From the NCBI RefSeq assembly GCF_006345805.1, contig NC_042999.1, positions 165,788,001 to 165,852,000 of the forward strand: 64,000 nt of DNA, in the 5' to 3' direction. Below the pieces are notes generated by a model. It saw nothing but the letters and a program-made list of their open reading frames with translations, made no database searches and was not told where the DNA came from. The position numbers were made by a program, and so were the translations under genes. Of this stretch, positions 11,532 to 22,110 are shown piece after piece (positions within the stretch are counted from its first letter, which is position 1; every line of letters begins with the position of its first letter). The stretch is from Octopus sinensis. Taxonomy: Eukaryota.

Positions 11532-11934
11532 TCTTTATATATAAAAGTGAGGTTGTGTGAGTGTCTGTCTCCTACGATTTAGATTCCTAACTACTCCCAC
11601 ATTTTGCGGTGCAGTTTAACCAAAACCGGGTATCTTATAGTCGTGATTCATATCGAGCCCTTCTGGGTATTAGCGCGCGTCTACGATGAGTCTATGATTT
11701 ACAAAAAAATTTACCATCATTTTTTTCCATTTTAATGCATTTTTTCGCTATTATATAAGGGAAGTAACTCTCTAAAAATGTCTACGATGAGTCAACGATT
11801 TAAAAAAAAATTTACCATAATTTTTTTTTCTATTTTTAATGCATTTTTTTGCTATTTTTTTGCTATAACTCTCTAAAAATGCTTATATAGTTATTTCCCT
11901 TACAAACCCGAGCAACGCTGGGCGATACTGCTAG
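11532..11934 (+). mobile_element. Non-autonomous Helitron, copy 2
   Basis: A^TCTTTATATATAAAAG ... CCCGAGCAACGCTGGGCGATACTGCTAG^T; internal duplication of the CTACGATGAGTC...TTTAATGCATTTTT block. Confidence 0.85.
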
Positions 11935-12278
11935 TTATTTATATTTTTATTATCAACCAAAAATCCTGAAAATCATTGGCTTGTCGGGTCACCACTGAAT
12001 CTAACAAGATCAAAATATGTCCACTGCATTATCAAATACGAGACTCACTCAGGTCTACTTTCTATTTTTAATTCTAATTTTAGAGAAATTTGGCTGAAGC
12101 TGACGTACTTAATACAAAGTAACATACTCAACGTGGTGATTCAAGAAATTTTAATAAGTTAAAAACAGCACCTGTAATAAGTAAAAAAAAAAAAAATAAT
12201 AATTAGCATATTGATTAATTCTGACCAGGAAAAACAATTTCAAATTTGAATTAATTTTAATCTCAATTTGAGATTACT

Positions 12279-12497
12279 CTTTTACTAGTTAAGTTGTTTC
12301 TGTCATTTGACTGCAGCCATGCTGGAGCACTGCCTTGGAGAGTTTTAGTTGAACAATCAATCCCAGGACTTATTTTTTAAGCATAATACTTATTCTATCA
12401 GTCTCTTTTGTCGAACCACTATGTTACAGGGACGAAAACACACCAGCACTGGTTGTCAAGCCATGATGGGGGGACGAATACAGATATACACATACAG

Positions 12498-12529
<32 letters not shown>

Positions 12530-12530
12530 G
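12279..12530 (-). mobile_element. SINE A 3' half
   Basis: Reverse complement of the tail and 3' body. Confidence 0.7.
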
Positions 12531-12653
12531 TATGCGTGTATATATATATATATACATGCATATATATATATATTATATATATATATATATATTATATATA
12601 TATATATATACATGCATATATATATATATATTTATATATATAAACATATATTT

Positions 12654-14573
12654 ATAGTCGACTGCTACAAGGGTAAAGGTGATGCTCTAGATAGGAATAA
12701 CTACAAGGGTATTAAACTGCTTGATTAGGTAATGAAGGTCACAGAGAGGGTCATAGTCCATCTCATTAGGGAGAGAGTCTGCTTAGATGAGATGCAGTTT
12801 GGTTTTGTTCTGGGTAGAAGCACCACCGATGCCATATTCCTGGTTCGACAACTGCAGGAGAAATACCTAGCTAAAGATAAACCCCTCTACTTAGCTTTTG
12901 TGGACTTGGAGAAAGCCTTTGACAGGGTCCCCCGATCCCTTATCTGGTGGGCGATGCGGAAACTGGAGATTGACGACTGGTTGATAAGGGCTATACAGGC
13001 CCTATACAGAGAGGCCGTTAGTAAGGTTAGGATTGGCAATGAGTATAGTGGAGAATTCCGGGTAGAAGTAGGGGTCCACCAAGGTTCAGCCCTTAGTCCC
13101 CTTCTATTCATCATAGTCCTCCAGGCAATAACAGAGGAATTCAAGATGGGTTGCCCCTGGAGCTCCTCTATGCTGATGACCTGGCCCTCATAGCAGAATC
13201 ACTACTGGAACTAGAAAAGAAATTTCGGGTGTGGAAGCTAGGTTTAGAATCAAAGGGCCTTAGAGTAAATGTAGCAAAGACCAAAGTTGTAGTAAGCAGA
13301 AAGGCGAACTCATCACACACCACCTCGGGCAGATGGCCCTGCTCGATCTGTAGAAAAGGTGTAGGTAGAAACTCCATAAGATGTACTTAGTGTAAGCTAT
13401 GGACGCATAAGAGGTGCAGCAACATCAAAGGAAAATTAACTGAGAAGATAGCTTTCATGTGTGGCAGATTCACAGGGGCAATAGACACCACAGATACTCA
13501 GAAAACAGATTCCATCATACTAGAAGAAACTAGAAGTAGTTGATAGTTTCCGCTACCTAGTGACCAAGTTAGTAGTAGAAGTGGATGCTCAGAGAGTGTC
13601 ACCACTAGAATATGAATAGCCTGGGCAAAGTTGAGAAAGCTTCTACCCCTACTGGTGACAAAGGGTCTCTCGCTCAGAGTGAAAGGTAGATTGTACGATG
13701 CATGTGTGCGAACTGCTATGCTCCACGGCAGTGAAACATGGGAAGTGACTGCGGAGGACATATACAGACTTGAAAGAAATGAAGCTAGCATGATCTACTG
13801 GATGTGTAATGTCAGTGTGCACACACCACAGAGTGTAAGCGCCCTGAAGCATCAGATGTGGTGTGCAAGAGAGACAATATGCTGTGACTGCAAAGACCCG
13901 ACAAATAATGTGAGTTCATGGCTGCTTCCTGCACCAGTTTCGCATAGCCCCAGCCCATCCAAAGTACCTTGGATTGCAGAACGACCTGCTGTGCTTACCT
14001 TGGATTGTAGGGTGACCTGCTGTGCTTGAGGAGATCTATTGAGACAAGTACATCAACATCAAAATAGATATCAAATGGAAATTGTAGTTATGATATCTGT
14101 GCCGGCAGCATGTAAAAAGCACCATCTGAATGTGGCCGATGCCAGTGCCACCTTGACTGGCTTCTGTGCCGGTGGCACATGACCTGCTGTGCTTGAGGAG
14201 AGCTATTGATTCAAGTACATCAACATCAAAATAAATATCAAATGGAAATTGCAGTTGCGATATCTGTGCCAGTGGCATGTAAAAAGCACCATCCGATGCC
14301 AGCACTGCCTTGACTGGCTTCTGTGCCGGTGGCATGTAAAAAGCACCAACTGATTGTGGCCGCTGCCAGCCTCCCCTGGCACCTGTGCTGAAGGCACATA
14401 AAAAGCACCCACTACACTCACGGGATTGTTGGCATTAGGAAGGGCATCCAGCTGTAGAAACACTGCCAGATCAGACTGGAGCCTGGTGCAGCCTCCTGGC
14501 TTCCCAGACCCCGGTCGAATGGTCCAACCTGTGCTAGCACGGAAAATGGACGTTAAACGATGATGATGATGAT
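12654..14573 (+). mobile_element. RTE LINE copy 1, 5'-truncated, frameshifted
   Basis: ORFs 12732-13193, 13151-13390 and 13631-14029 give QFGF, FVDLEKAFDRVP, GVHQG, LLYADD and a PHD-like finger; 3' UTR with duplicated block, (GAT)n tail; (TA)n on both flanks. Confidence 0.92.
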
Positions 14574-14645
14574 ATATATATACATATACTTATATATACA
14601 TATATATACATATACATATATATACATATACATACATATATATAT

Positions 14646-17559
14646 ATCGACTACATCGACTAAATCGACTACATCCTTGCCAGAAAAAGGGAAAGATGGC
14701 TGCTTATAAATGCCAAAACCTTCCCAGGCGAAGAATGCACCCCACAACATAGACTGGTAGTTAGTGACTGTAGGATCAGGTCTAAGAGGGTGACTAGAAG
14801 ACGACCGACATGGAGAAGAAGGGTCTGGAAGCTTAAAGACCCTGCGAATAGACAGAGATTTAGAGACATGTTACTTGAAGCCTTTGACGAAATGGAAGGG
14901 GGTATAGCTACGCATGGGGTACAAGACAACTGGACGCTTCTGAGGGACAACCTGCTGAAAGCCACTGACCAGATCTGTGGCTGGTGCAAAGTCCCCTTAA
15001 GACCCAAAATAACGTGGTGGTGGAACAATATTGTTGACAGGGCTATTAGACAAAAGAAACAGGCTTGGAAGGCCTGGAAGAACGGTGGTAGCAGGGAAGT
15101 GTATCAGACTGCCAGAAGGGAAGCTAGGAGACAGGTCTATCTAGCCAGAGGGGAAGCAGAAAAGAAAAACTTTGCCAATGTCCTGCGCCGTGAGGATGAA
15201 AGACTTGAGGTATTTCGTGTTGCAAGACAGTGTGTGAGAGAGAATCGTGACGTGGTAGGAGAGAAATGTGTTCGCAAGGATGACGGTTCACTTGCGCTAA
15301 ATGAGGATGCAAAGAGGGAGGCTTGGAGACGCCACTATGAAAGGTTGCTGAATGAGGAAAATGAATGGGATAAAGAGAGTCTGCCGAATGTCGACCCAAC
15401 AGAGGGCCCAGCAATCCGAGTTAACAGTTCCTTAGTAGTTAAGGCAATTACAAGCATGAAAACAGGGAAAGCCCCAGGCCCATCAGGAATTACTGCAGAG
15501 ATGCTCAAAATATCTGGTAGTGTCGGCTATAGCATAGTCACCCATATAGTTAACCAGGTGATACATGAAGGAGTCATACCCAATGACTGGTGTAGCAGCA
15601 TAATAGTCAACTGCTACAAAGGTAAAGGTGACACCCTAGATACAAATAACTACAGGGGCATCAAGCTGCTGGATCAGGTAATGAAGGTTACAGAGAGGGT
15701 TATAGCCCAATTAATTAGAGAGAGAGTTAGCTTAGATGAGATGCAGTTTGGGTTCGTGCCAGGGAAAAGTACTACTGATGCTATATTCCTGGTAAGACAG
15801 CTGCAGGAGAAATACCTAGCCAAAGATAAGCCCCTGTACCTGGCTTTTGTTGACATGGAGACAGCCTTTGACAGGGTCCCCCGATCCCTTATCTGGTGGT
15901 CAATGAGGAAACTAGGGATAGATGAATGGTTAGTGAGAGCTGTGCGAGCCATGTACAGAGACGCTGCTAGTAAGGTGAGGGTTGGCAACAAGTACAGTGA
16001 AGAATTCCAGGTAGAGGTTGGTGTCCACCAAGGTTCAGTCCTCAGTCCCCTCCTATTTATCATAGTCCTCCAGGCAATAACGGAGGAATTCAAGACAGGA
16101 TGCCCCTGGGAGCTCCTCTATGCTGATGACCTTGCTCTAATTGCTGAGTCACCATCAGAACTGGAGAAGTTTCAGGTGTGGAAACAAGGATTAGAATCGA
16201 AGGGCCTTAGAATCAACCTAGCCAAAACCAAAGTCCTAATAAGTAGGAAGGTGGACCAATCACAAATGACTTCAGGTAGATGGCCTTGCTCGATCTGTAA
16301 AAAAGGTGTAGGTAGAAACTCTATAAGGTGCACCAAGTGTAAGCTATGGACTCATAAGAGGTGCAGTAATGTCAAAGGAAGGCTAACTAGGAAAATAGTT
16401 TTTGTCTGTGGCAGATGCTCAGGAGCAATAAACACTGGAAATGTGCAGAGACCAACTTCTACCACGTTCCAGGGAGACAAACTAGAAGTAGTTGATAGCT
16501 TCCGCTGCCTAGGTGACCAAGTCAGTAGCGGGGGTGGGTGTGCTGAAAGTGTAACGGCTAGAGTAAGAATAGCCTGGGCAAAGTTTAGAGAGCTCTTACC
16601 CCTGCTGGTGACAAAAGGCCTCTCGCTCAGAGTAAAAGGCAGACTGTATGATGCATGTGTACGTACAGCCATGCTACATGGTAGTGAAACTTGGGCTGTG
16701 ACTGCTGAGGATATGCGTAAGCTCACAAGAAATGAAGCCAGTATGCTCCGATGGATGCGTAATGTCAGTGTTCATAGTCGACAGAGTGTAAGTACTTTGA
16801 GAGAAAAGTTGAACCTAAGAAGCATCAGTTGTGGTGTGCAAGAGAGACGGCTGCGTTGGTATGGTCATGTGACGAGAATGGCTGAAGATAGTTGTGTGCA
16901 AAAGTGCTACACTCTAGCAGTTGAGGGAACCTGTGGAAGAGGTAGACCCAGGAAAACCTGGGACGAGGTGGTGAAGCACGACCTTCGAACTTTAGGTCTC
17001 ACCAAGGAAATGACTAGAGACCGAGACCTCTGGAAGTATGCTGTGCGTGAGAAGACCCGGCGAGACTAGTGAGGCCATAACCCGTGGCCCCTACCTGGGA
17101 CGTAGTCAGTCCACCTGTGCATACCTTCCTTCTTGTGACACTTGTGAAGACCTGTTGAGGCAAGTGAAAATCAAACCAAAATCAAACCAAATCAAAATAG
17201 ATGAACATCAATGGAATTTGTATCTTTGTGGTACCAGTGCCGGTGGCACATAAGAAAACCATCCGAACGTGGCCGTAGCCAGTACTGCATCGACTGGCCT
17301 CCGTGCTGTGGGCACGTAACAAACACCATCCGATTGTGGCCGTTCGCCAGCCTCGTCTGGCACCTGTGTCGGTGGCACATAAAATCACCCACTACACTCT
17401 CGGAGTGGTTGGCGTTAGGAAGGGCATCCAGCTGTAGAAACACTGCCAGATCTGACTGGCCTGGTGCAGCCTTCGGGCTCCCCCCAAACCCCAGTTGAAC
17501 CGTCCAACCCATGCTAGCATGGAAAGCGGACGTTAAACGATGATGATGATGATGATGAT
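14646..17559 (+). mobile_element. RTE LINE copy 2, truncated within the APE endonuclease, with an intact RT region
   Basis: Begins at IDYILARK...QHRLVV (end of APE domain); RT motifs; ~480-bp 3' UTR; tail CCATGCTAGCATGGAAAGCGGACGTTAAAC(GAT)n. Confidence 0.95.
14790..17069 (+). CDS. RTE LINE reverse transcriptase ORF (759 aa in the track; frame open from about 14664), lacking most of the endonuclease
   Basis: GKAPGPSGI, NYRGIKLL, QFGFVPGKST, AFDRVP, GVHQGSVLSPLLF, LLYADD, C4-H-C3 finger, RLRWYGH, GRGRPRKTW; no stops. Confidence 0.9.
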   Translation: MTRRRPTWRRRVWKLKDPANRQRFRDMLLEAFDEMEGGIATHGVQDNWTLLRDNLLKATDQICGWCKVPLRPKITWWWNNIVDRAIRQKKQAWKAWKNGGSREVYQTARREARRQVYLARGEAEKKNFANVLRREDERLEVFRVARQCVRENRDVVGEKCVRKDDGSLALNEDAKREAWRRHYERLLNEENEWDKESLPNVDPTEGPAIRVNSSLVVKAITSMKTGKAPGPSGITAEMLKISGSVGYSIVTHIVNQVIHEGVIPNDWCSSIIVNCYKGKGDTLDTNNYRGIKLLDQVMKVTERVIAQLIRERVSLDEMQFGFVPGKSTTDAIFLVRQLQEKYLAKDKPLYLAFVDMETAFDRVPRSLIWWSMRKLGIDEWLVRAVRAMYRDAASKVRVGNKYSEEFQVEVGVHQGSVLSPLLFIIVLQAITEEFKTGCPWELLYADDLALIAESPSELEKFQVWKQGLESKGLRINLAKTKVLISRKVDQSQMTSGRWPCSICKKGVGRNSIRCTKCKLWTHKRCSNVKGRLTRKIVFVCGRCSGAINTGNVQRPTSTTFQGDKLEVVDSFRCLGDQVSSGGGCAESVTARVRIAWAKFRELLPLLVTKGLSLRVKGRLYDACVRTAMLHGSETWAVTAEDMRKLTRNEASMLRWMRNVSVHSRQSVSTLREKLNLRSISCGVQERRLRWYGHVTRMAEDSCVQKCYTLAVEGTCGRGRPRKTWDEVVKHDLRTLGLTKEMTRDRDLWKYAVREKTRRD

Positions 17560-18367
17560 ATATAAAAGAGGTGAGGACCAAAATCATTCAAAGGGATGTT
17601 AACTTGGATTTGAATTGAATTAAAGTTCGTCTACACTTACAATCTTTTCCTTTCCTTATGTAACGGATGAGGTTGAGTTTCTTCATTATGTAAGGATGAA
17701 AGAATGAAAGAACAATGATTGAAGTTGTAAAGAAAATATTTATTTTTACCGTTACATTATGCAATACCTTGCCTTGACAGGCAGGTGATAAACTCCAAGA
17801 GCATGCAAAGTAAAAAAGTTAATTTCGGCCTGTATATTCTTATTGTAGTAGTAAACTATAGAGAGAGATATGCAGAGAAGAGAAATTGAGTCTGTGAAAG
17901 TGAGAGAGTGTGGGACAAAACAACTGCTCCGTTGTTCTCTTTCACCTTCTCTTTTGAGATGATGTTTTGTTTAGCCTGTCAGCCAGACTCTGTTCTCACT
18001 GAGTTATCACCAAGTGACTAACTGATTGAGTTGTCATCAGCCAACTAACTGATTTTTGCTTGGGGTTCTTGCTTTTATAACTATCCAAGAAGGATAGACA
18101 TATTGTTGAGAACAATGGATTTAGTCTGTGGTACTTATCTTACTTCTAGCTTTTGGTGGTCTAGGAGAGGTTAGAAAGGTCAAGTGGTGAAGATATTATT
18201 TCGGCCTAGCTAAAGGCATCTGGCATATGTAAACTGTCACAGAAAAACTATTGTTCCACCATGAGAAAAGTTCTGTTGAAGTGTTAATTTAAATTTGGCT
18301 ATGGTGGATTGAATCCACTTCATGCCTGCAAGATCCACTACACTTATACTTCATATATATATATATA

Positions 18368-20424
18368 TCATCATCATCATCATCATCATTTAGCGTCCGT
18401 TTTCCATGCTAGCATGGGTTGGACAGTTTAACTGGGGTCTGTGAAGCCGGAAGGCTTCATCAGGCCCAGTCAGATTTGGCAGTGTTTCTACGGCTGGATG
18501 CCCTTCCTAACGCCAACCACTCCGCGAGTGTAGTGGGTGTTTTTTACGTGCCACCTGCACAGGTGCCAGACAGAGCTGGCACAATGGCCACGAACGGATG
18601 GTGCTTTTACGTGCCACCGACACGGGGCCAGACAGAGCTGGCAAACGGCCACGAACGGACGGTGCTTTTATGTGTCACCGGCACGGGGGCCAGCCGAGGC
18701 TGGCAATGAACACGAGCGGATGGTGCTTTTACGTGCCACCGACACGGGGCCAGACAGAGCTGGCAAATGGCCACGAACGGACGGTGCTTTTACGTGTCAC
18801 CGGCACGGGGGCCAGCCGAGGCTGGCAACGAACATGAACGGATGGTGCTTTTACGTGCCACCGACACGGGGGCCAGACAGAGCTGGCAAACGGCCACGAG
18901 CGAACGGTGCTTTTATGTATCACCGACACGGGTGCCAGATGAGGCTGGCAGCGGACACGGATATATGATTTGATTTTGATTGTTCTCACTGGTCTTCTCA
19001 CGCACAGCATACTTCCACAGGTGTCGGTCTCTGGTCATTTCCTTGGTGAGACCTAGAGTTCGAAGGTCGTGCTTCACCACCTCGACCCAGGTTTTCCTGG
19101 GTCTACCTCTTCCACAGGTCCCCTCAACTGCCAGGGTGTGGCACTTTTTCACACACCTATCTTCGTCCATTCTCGCCACATGACCATACCAGCGCAATCG
19201 TCTCTCTTGCACACAACATCTGATGCCTCTTAGGTCCAACTTTTCTCTCAAGGTACTTACACTCTGTCGACTATGAACACTGACATTACACATCCAACGG
19301 AGCATACTAGCTTCATTTCTTGCGAGCTTACGTAAATCCTCAGCAGTCACAGCCCAAGTTTCACTACCATGTAGCATGGCTGTACGTACACATGCATCAT
19401 ACAGTCTGCCTTTTACTTTGAGCGAGAGGCCTTTTGTCACCAGTAGGGGTAAGAGCTCTCTAAACTTTGCCCAAGCTATTTTTACTCTAGCAGTTACACT
19501 TTCAGCACACCCGCCCCCGCTACTGACTTGGTCACCTAGGTAGTGGAAGCTATCAACTACTTCTAGTTTTTCTCCCTGAAACGTGATAGAAGTTGGTCTC
19601 TGCATATTTTCAGAGTTTATTGCTCCTGAGCATCTGCCACAGACAAAAACTATTTTCCTAGTTAGTCTTCCTTTGACATTACTACATCTCTTATGTGTCC
19701 ATAGCTTACATTTGGTGCATCTTATAGAGTTTCTACCTACGCCTTTTCTACAGATTGAGCAAGGCCATCTACCTGAAGGCGTTTGTGATTGGTCCACCTT
19801 CCTACTTATTAGGACTTTGGTTTTGGCTAGGTTGATTCTAAGGCCCTTCGATTCTAAACCTTGCTTCCACACCTGAAACTTCTCCTCCAGTTCTGATAGA
19901 GACTCAGCAATTAGAGCAAGGTCATCAGCATAGAGGAGCTCCCAGGGGCATCCTGTCTTGAATTCCTCCGTTATTGCCTGGAGGACTAAACCTTGGTGGA
20001 CCCCAACCTCTACCCTGAATTCTTCACTGTACTCGGTGCCAACCCTCACCTTACTAGCAGCGTCTCTGTACATGGCTTGTACAGCTCTCACTAACCATTT
20101 ATCTATCCCTAGTTTCCTCATTGACCACCAGATAAGGGATCGGGGGACCCTGTCGAAGGCTTTCTCCATATCGACAAAAGCCAGGTATAGGGGTTTGTCT
20201 TTGGCTAGGTATTTCTCCTGCAGCTGTCTTACCAGGAAAATAGCATCAGTAGTACTTTTCCCTGGCACGAACCCAAACTGCATCTGATCGAAGCTAACTC
20301 TCTCTCTAATTTGTTGGGCTATAACCCTCTCTGTAACCTTCATTACCTGATCTAGCAGCTTGATACCCCTGTAGTTATTTGTATCTAGGGCGTCACCTTT
20401 ACCTTTGTAGCAGTTGACTATTAT
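18368..20424 (-). mobile_element. RTE LINE copy 3, 5'-truncated, tail-to-tail with copy 2
   Basis: ORF 18913-20343 (476 aa) closely similar to copy 2, with an in-frame deletion after GVHQG; 3' UTR with a 7-unit tandem array; (CAT)n at 18368. Confidence 0.95.
18535..18965 (-). repeat. Tandem array of ~61-bp units in the RTE 3' UTR
   Basis: Seven units starting GGTG(C/T)TTTTA(C/T)GTG near 18537, 18600, 18661, 18722, 18783, 18843 and 18906. Confidence 0.9.
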
Positions 20425-20437
20425 ATATATATATATA

Positions 20438-20541
20438 CTTTATTTAAAGCAGCAGAAAATTCAACAAAACCTGTTACTCTGAGTTTCTCGGGAAACTCAG
20501 AGTAACAGGTTTTGTTGAAGTTTCTGCTGCTTTAAATAAAG
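20438..20541. repeat. Near-perfect 50-bp inverted repeat with a 4-nt loop; probable Penelope-type end (right arm continues to about 20612)
   Basis: 20438-20487 is the reverse complement of 20492-20541 with one mismatch; loop TCGG. Penelope assignment is inference. Confidence 0.9.
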
Positions 20542-20610
20542 CATATTACTCTACCACTGGTATTTGAATACTCTTTTTTCCACCTTGTTTCACATTTATG
20601 TGTTTACTCC

Positions 20611-20649
<39 letters not shown>

Positions 20650-20668
<19 letters not shown>

Positions 20669-20820
20669 TACGACGGGCTTCTTTCAGTTTCCGTCTACCA
20701 AACCACTCACAAGGCTTTGGCCAGCCCGAGGCTATAAAAGACACTTGCTCAAAGTGCCACGCAGTGGGATTGAACCCGGAACCATGTGGTTGGGAAGCAA
20801 GCTTCTTACCAAACACCCAC
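20650..20820 (-). mobile_element. SINE A 5' half
   Basis: Reverse complement of the tRNA-like head. Confidence 0.75.
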
Positions 20821-21589
20821 TATCCCTTTTTTTATGGTCATTGTCTAGAATCATTAAAATAACGATTCTCCTACTTCACTACTTGTGATTTTAATCACTT
20901 AAAATAAAGTGTTAGCATCTACTTTACTTAATGGCCATGCGTTAACCTACATTAAAAAATCATAAGAGAATGAGAGCCTCTACGTTGTCGTTCAACATGC
21001 TAGAAATACAACCAAATCTGTTTTGAACTACACCCTTATTCTCTTGCAAAATGCCGGAACAATGCGACCCTAGATACACTATGTTGGAATAACATTTAGA
21101 AAAAAGAAGATAGGTTGATAAAAGTTAGAACACCTTTGATCGAAGTTGACCGGGGAGCTAATTCAACAGCATTGAACACACGCCTACTTACCTTACAACA
21201 GTCATATCTGACACGAACTTAGGAGCGAGTTTCTGTGATCACTCGGTCTGTTAGAAATAGGAGCAAAATCTTTCTCAAATCGCACGATACTGTCTTTGAA
21301 AGAAAGAAGGACATATATGATAATGTAGTTTGTGACTAACTGTGTCCGAAAAGACATGATGGGGAAAGTGAGAAATACCTTTGAACTTTAATTCGTTCGA
21401 CAAGGACTGACTTGTGACAAAACCACGACACAGAAATGATTAAAACCAGTTTCTTTTGCCTGTATATCCTAAGTAGTCGAGACATCACAGCTACATAACG
21501 CTACTCGGAGCTAACTTACGGTTATATTAACACCCCCAGCAACTATCACACGGATATCTGCAATGTTAAATCATGACCAATTTATTCAT

Positions 21590-22110
21590 TACCTACTTGG
21601 TGAAATACTGTACGAAAAAATAAACAAATAAAATACCAAATTTGCATAAGGAGACACGAATACTTCTTACGATAGACGAACAGTTAATGATTTCTAATAG
21701 CGGCACAAAGAAAATTACAATCACAACAAACAACCAGGAAGCAGAATAAGTGCGTGAATTATAATTAAAGAAAAGTGGCATAAGTAGAGAGATTTTAGTA
21801 GAAATACAGTCAATTTAATCGCCCCTATGTAATTGACAGGTACTCGATGTATCGACCCGCGAAGAATTAAAGAGAAAGTGAACACCCGGAGAAAGAAATA
21901 GTAAGAAGCGAAGAGGGAGGGGGTGGAGGTGTGTCTTACGTCACAGCCTCTTTGTGAGGTGAAACATGGCAGCTACCGTGTTCAACATCTTGGCATGGTA
22001 ACCAAGCTTTCAGTCTTCTCTTTTGGCTGCCAGCAGCAGCACGGATCTATGCTGCCTCTCTCACCCTTCGGATACATTACTATATATTTCCCTAACAACC
22101 AGTGTAAGTA
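21590..22110. promoter_or_regulatory. Candidate bidirectional promoter with first exons on both strands
   Basis: Unique sequence with raised CpG; CRE-like TTACGTCA at 21936; YY1-like AAACATGGC at 21962; + donor GTAAGT at 22104; - donor TAG|GTAATG at 21592. Confidence 0.35.

Noticed and set aside
17600-18350. Possible solo LTR (also 48690-49400)
   Set aside because: No clear TG..CA termini, TSD, PBS or PPT.
18535-18965. CRISPR-like regular array
   Set aside because: The whole unit is repeated with no unique spacers, it lies within a LINE 3' UTR, and there are no cas genes.
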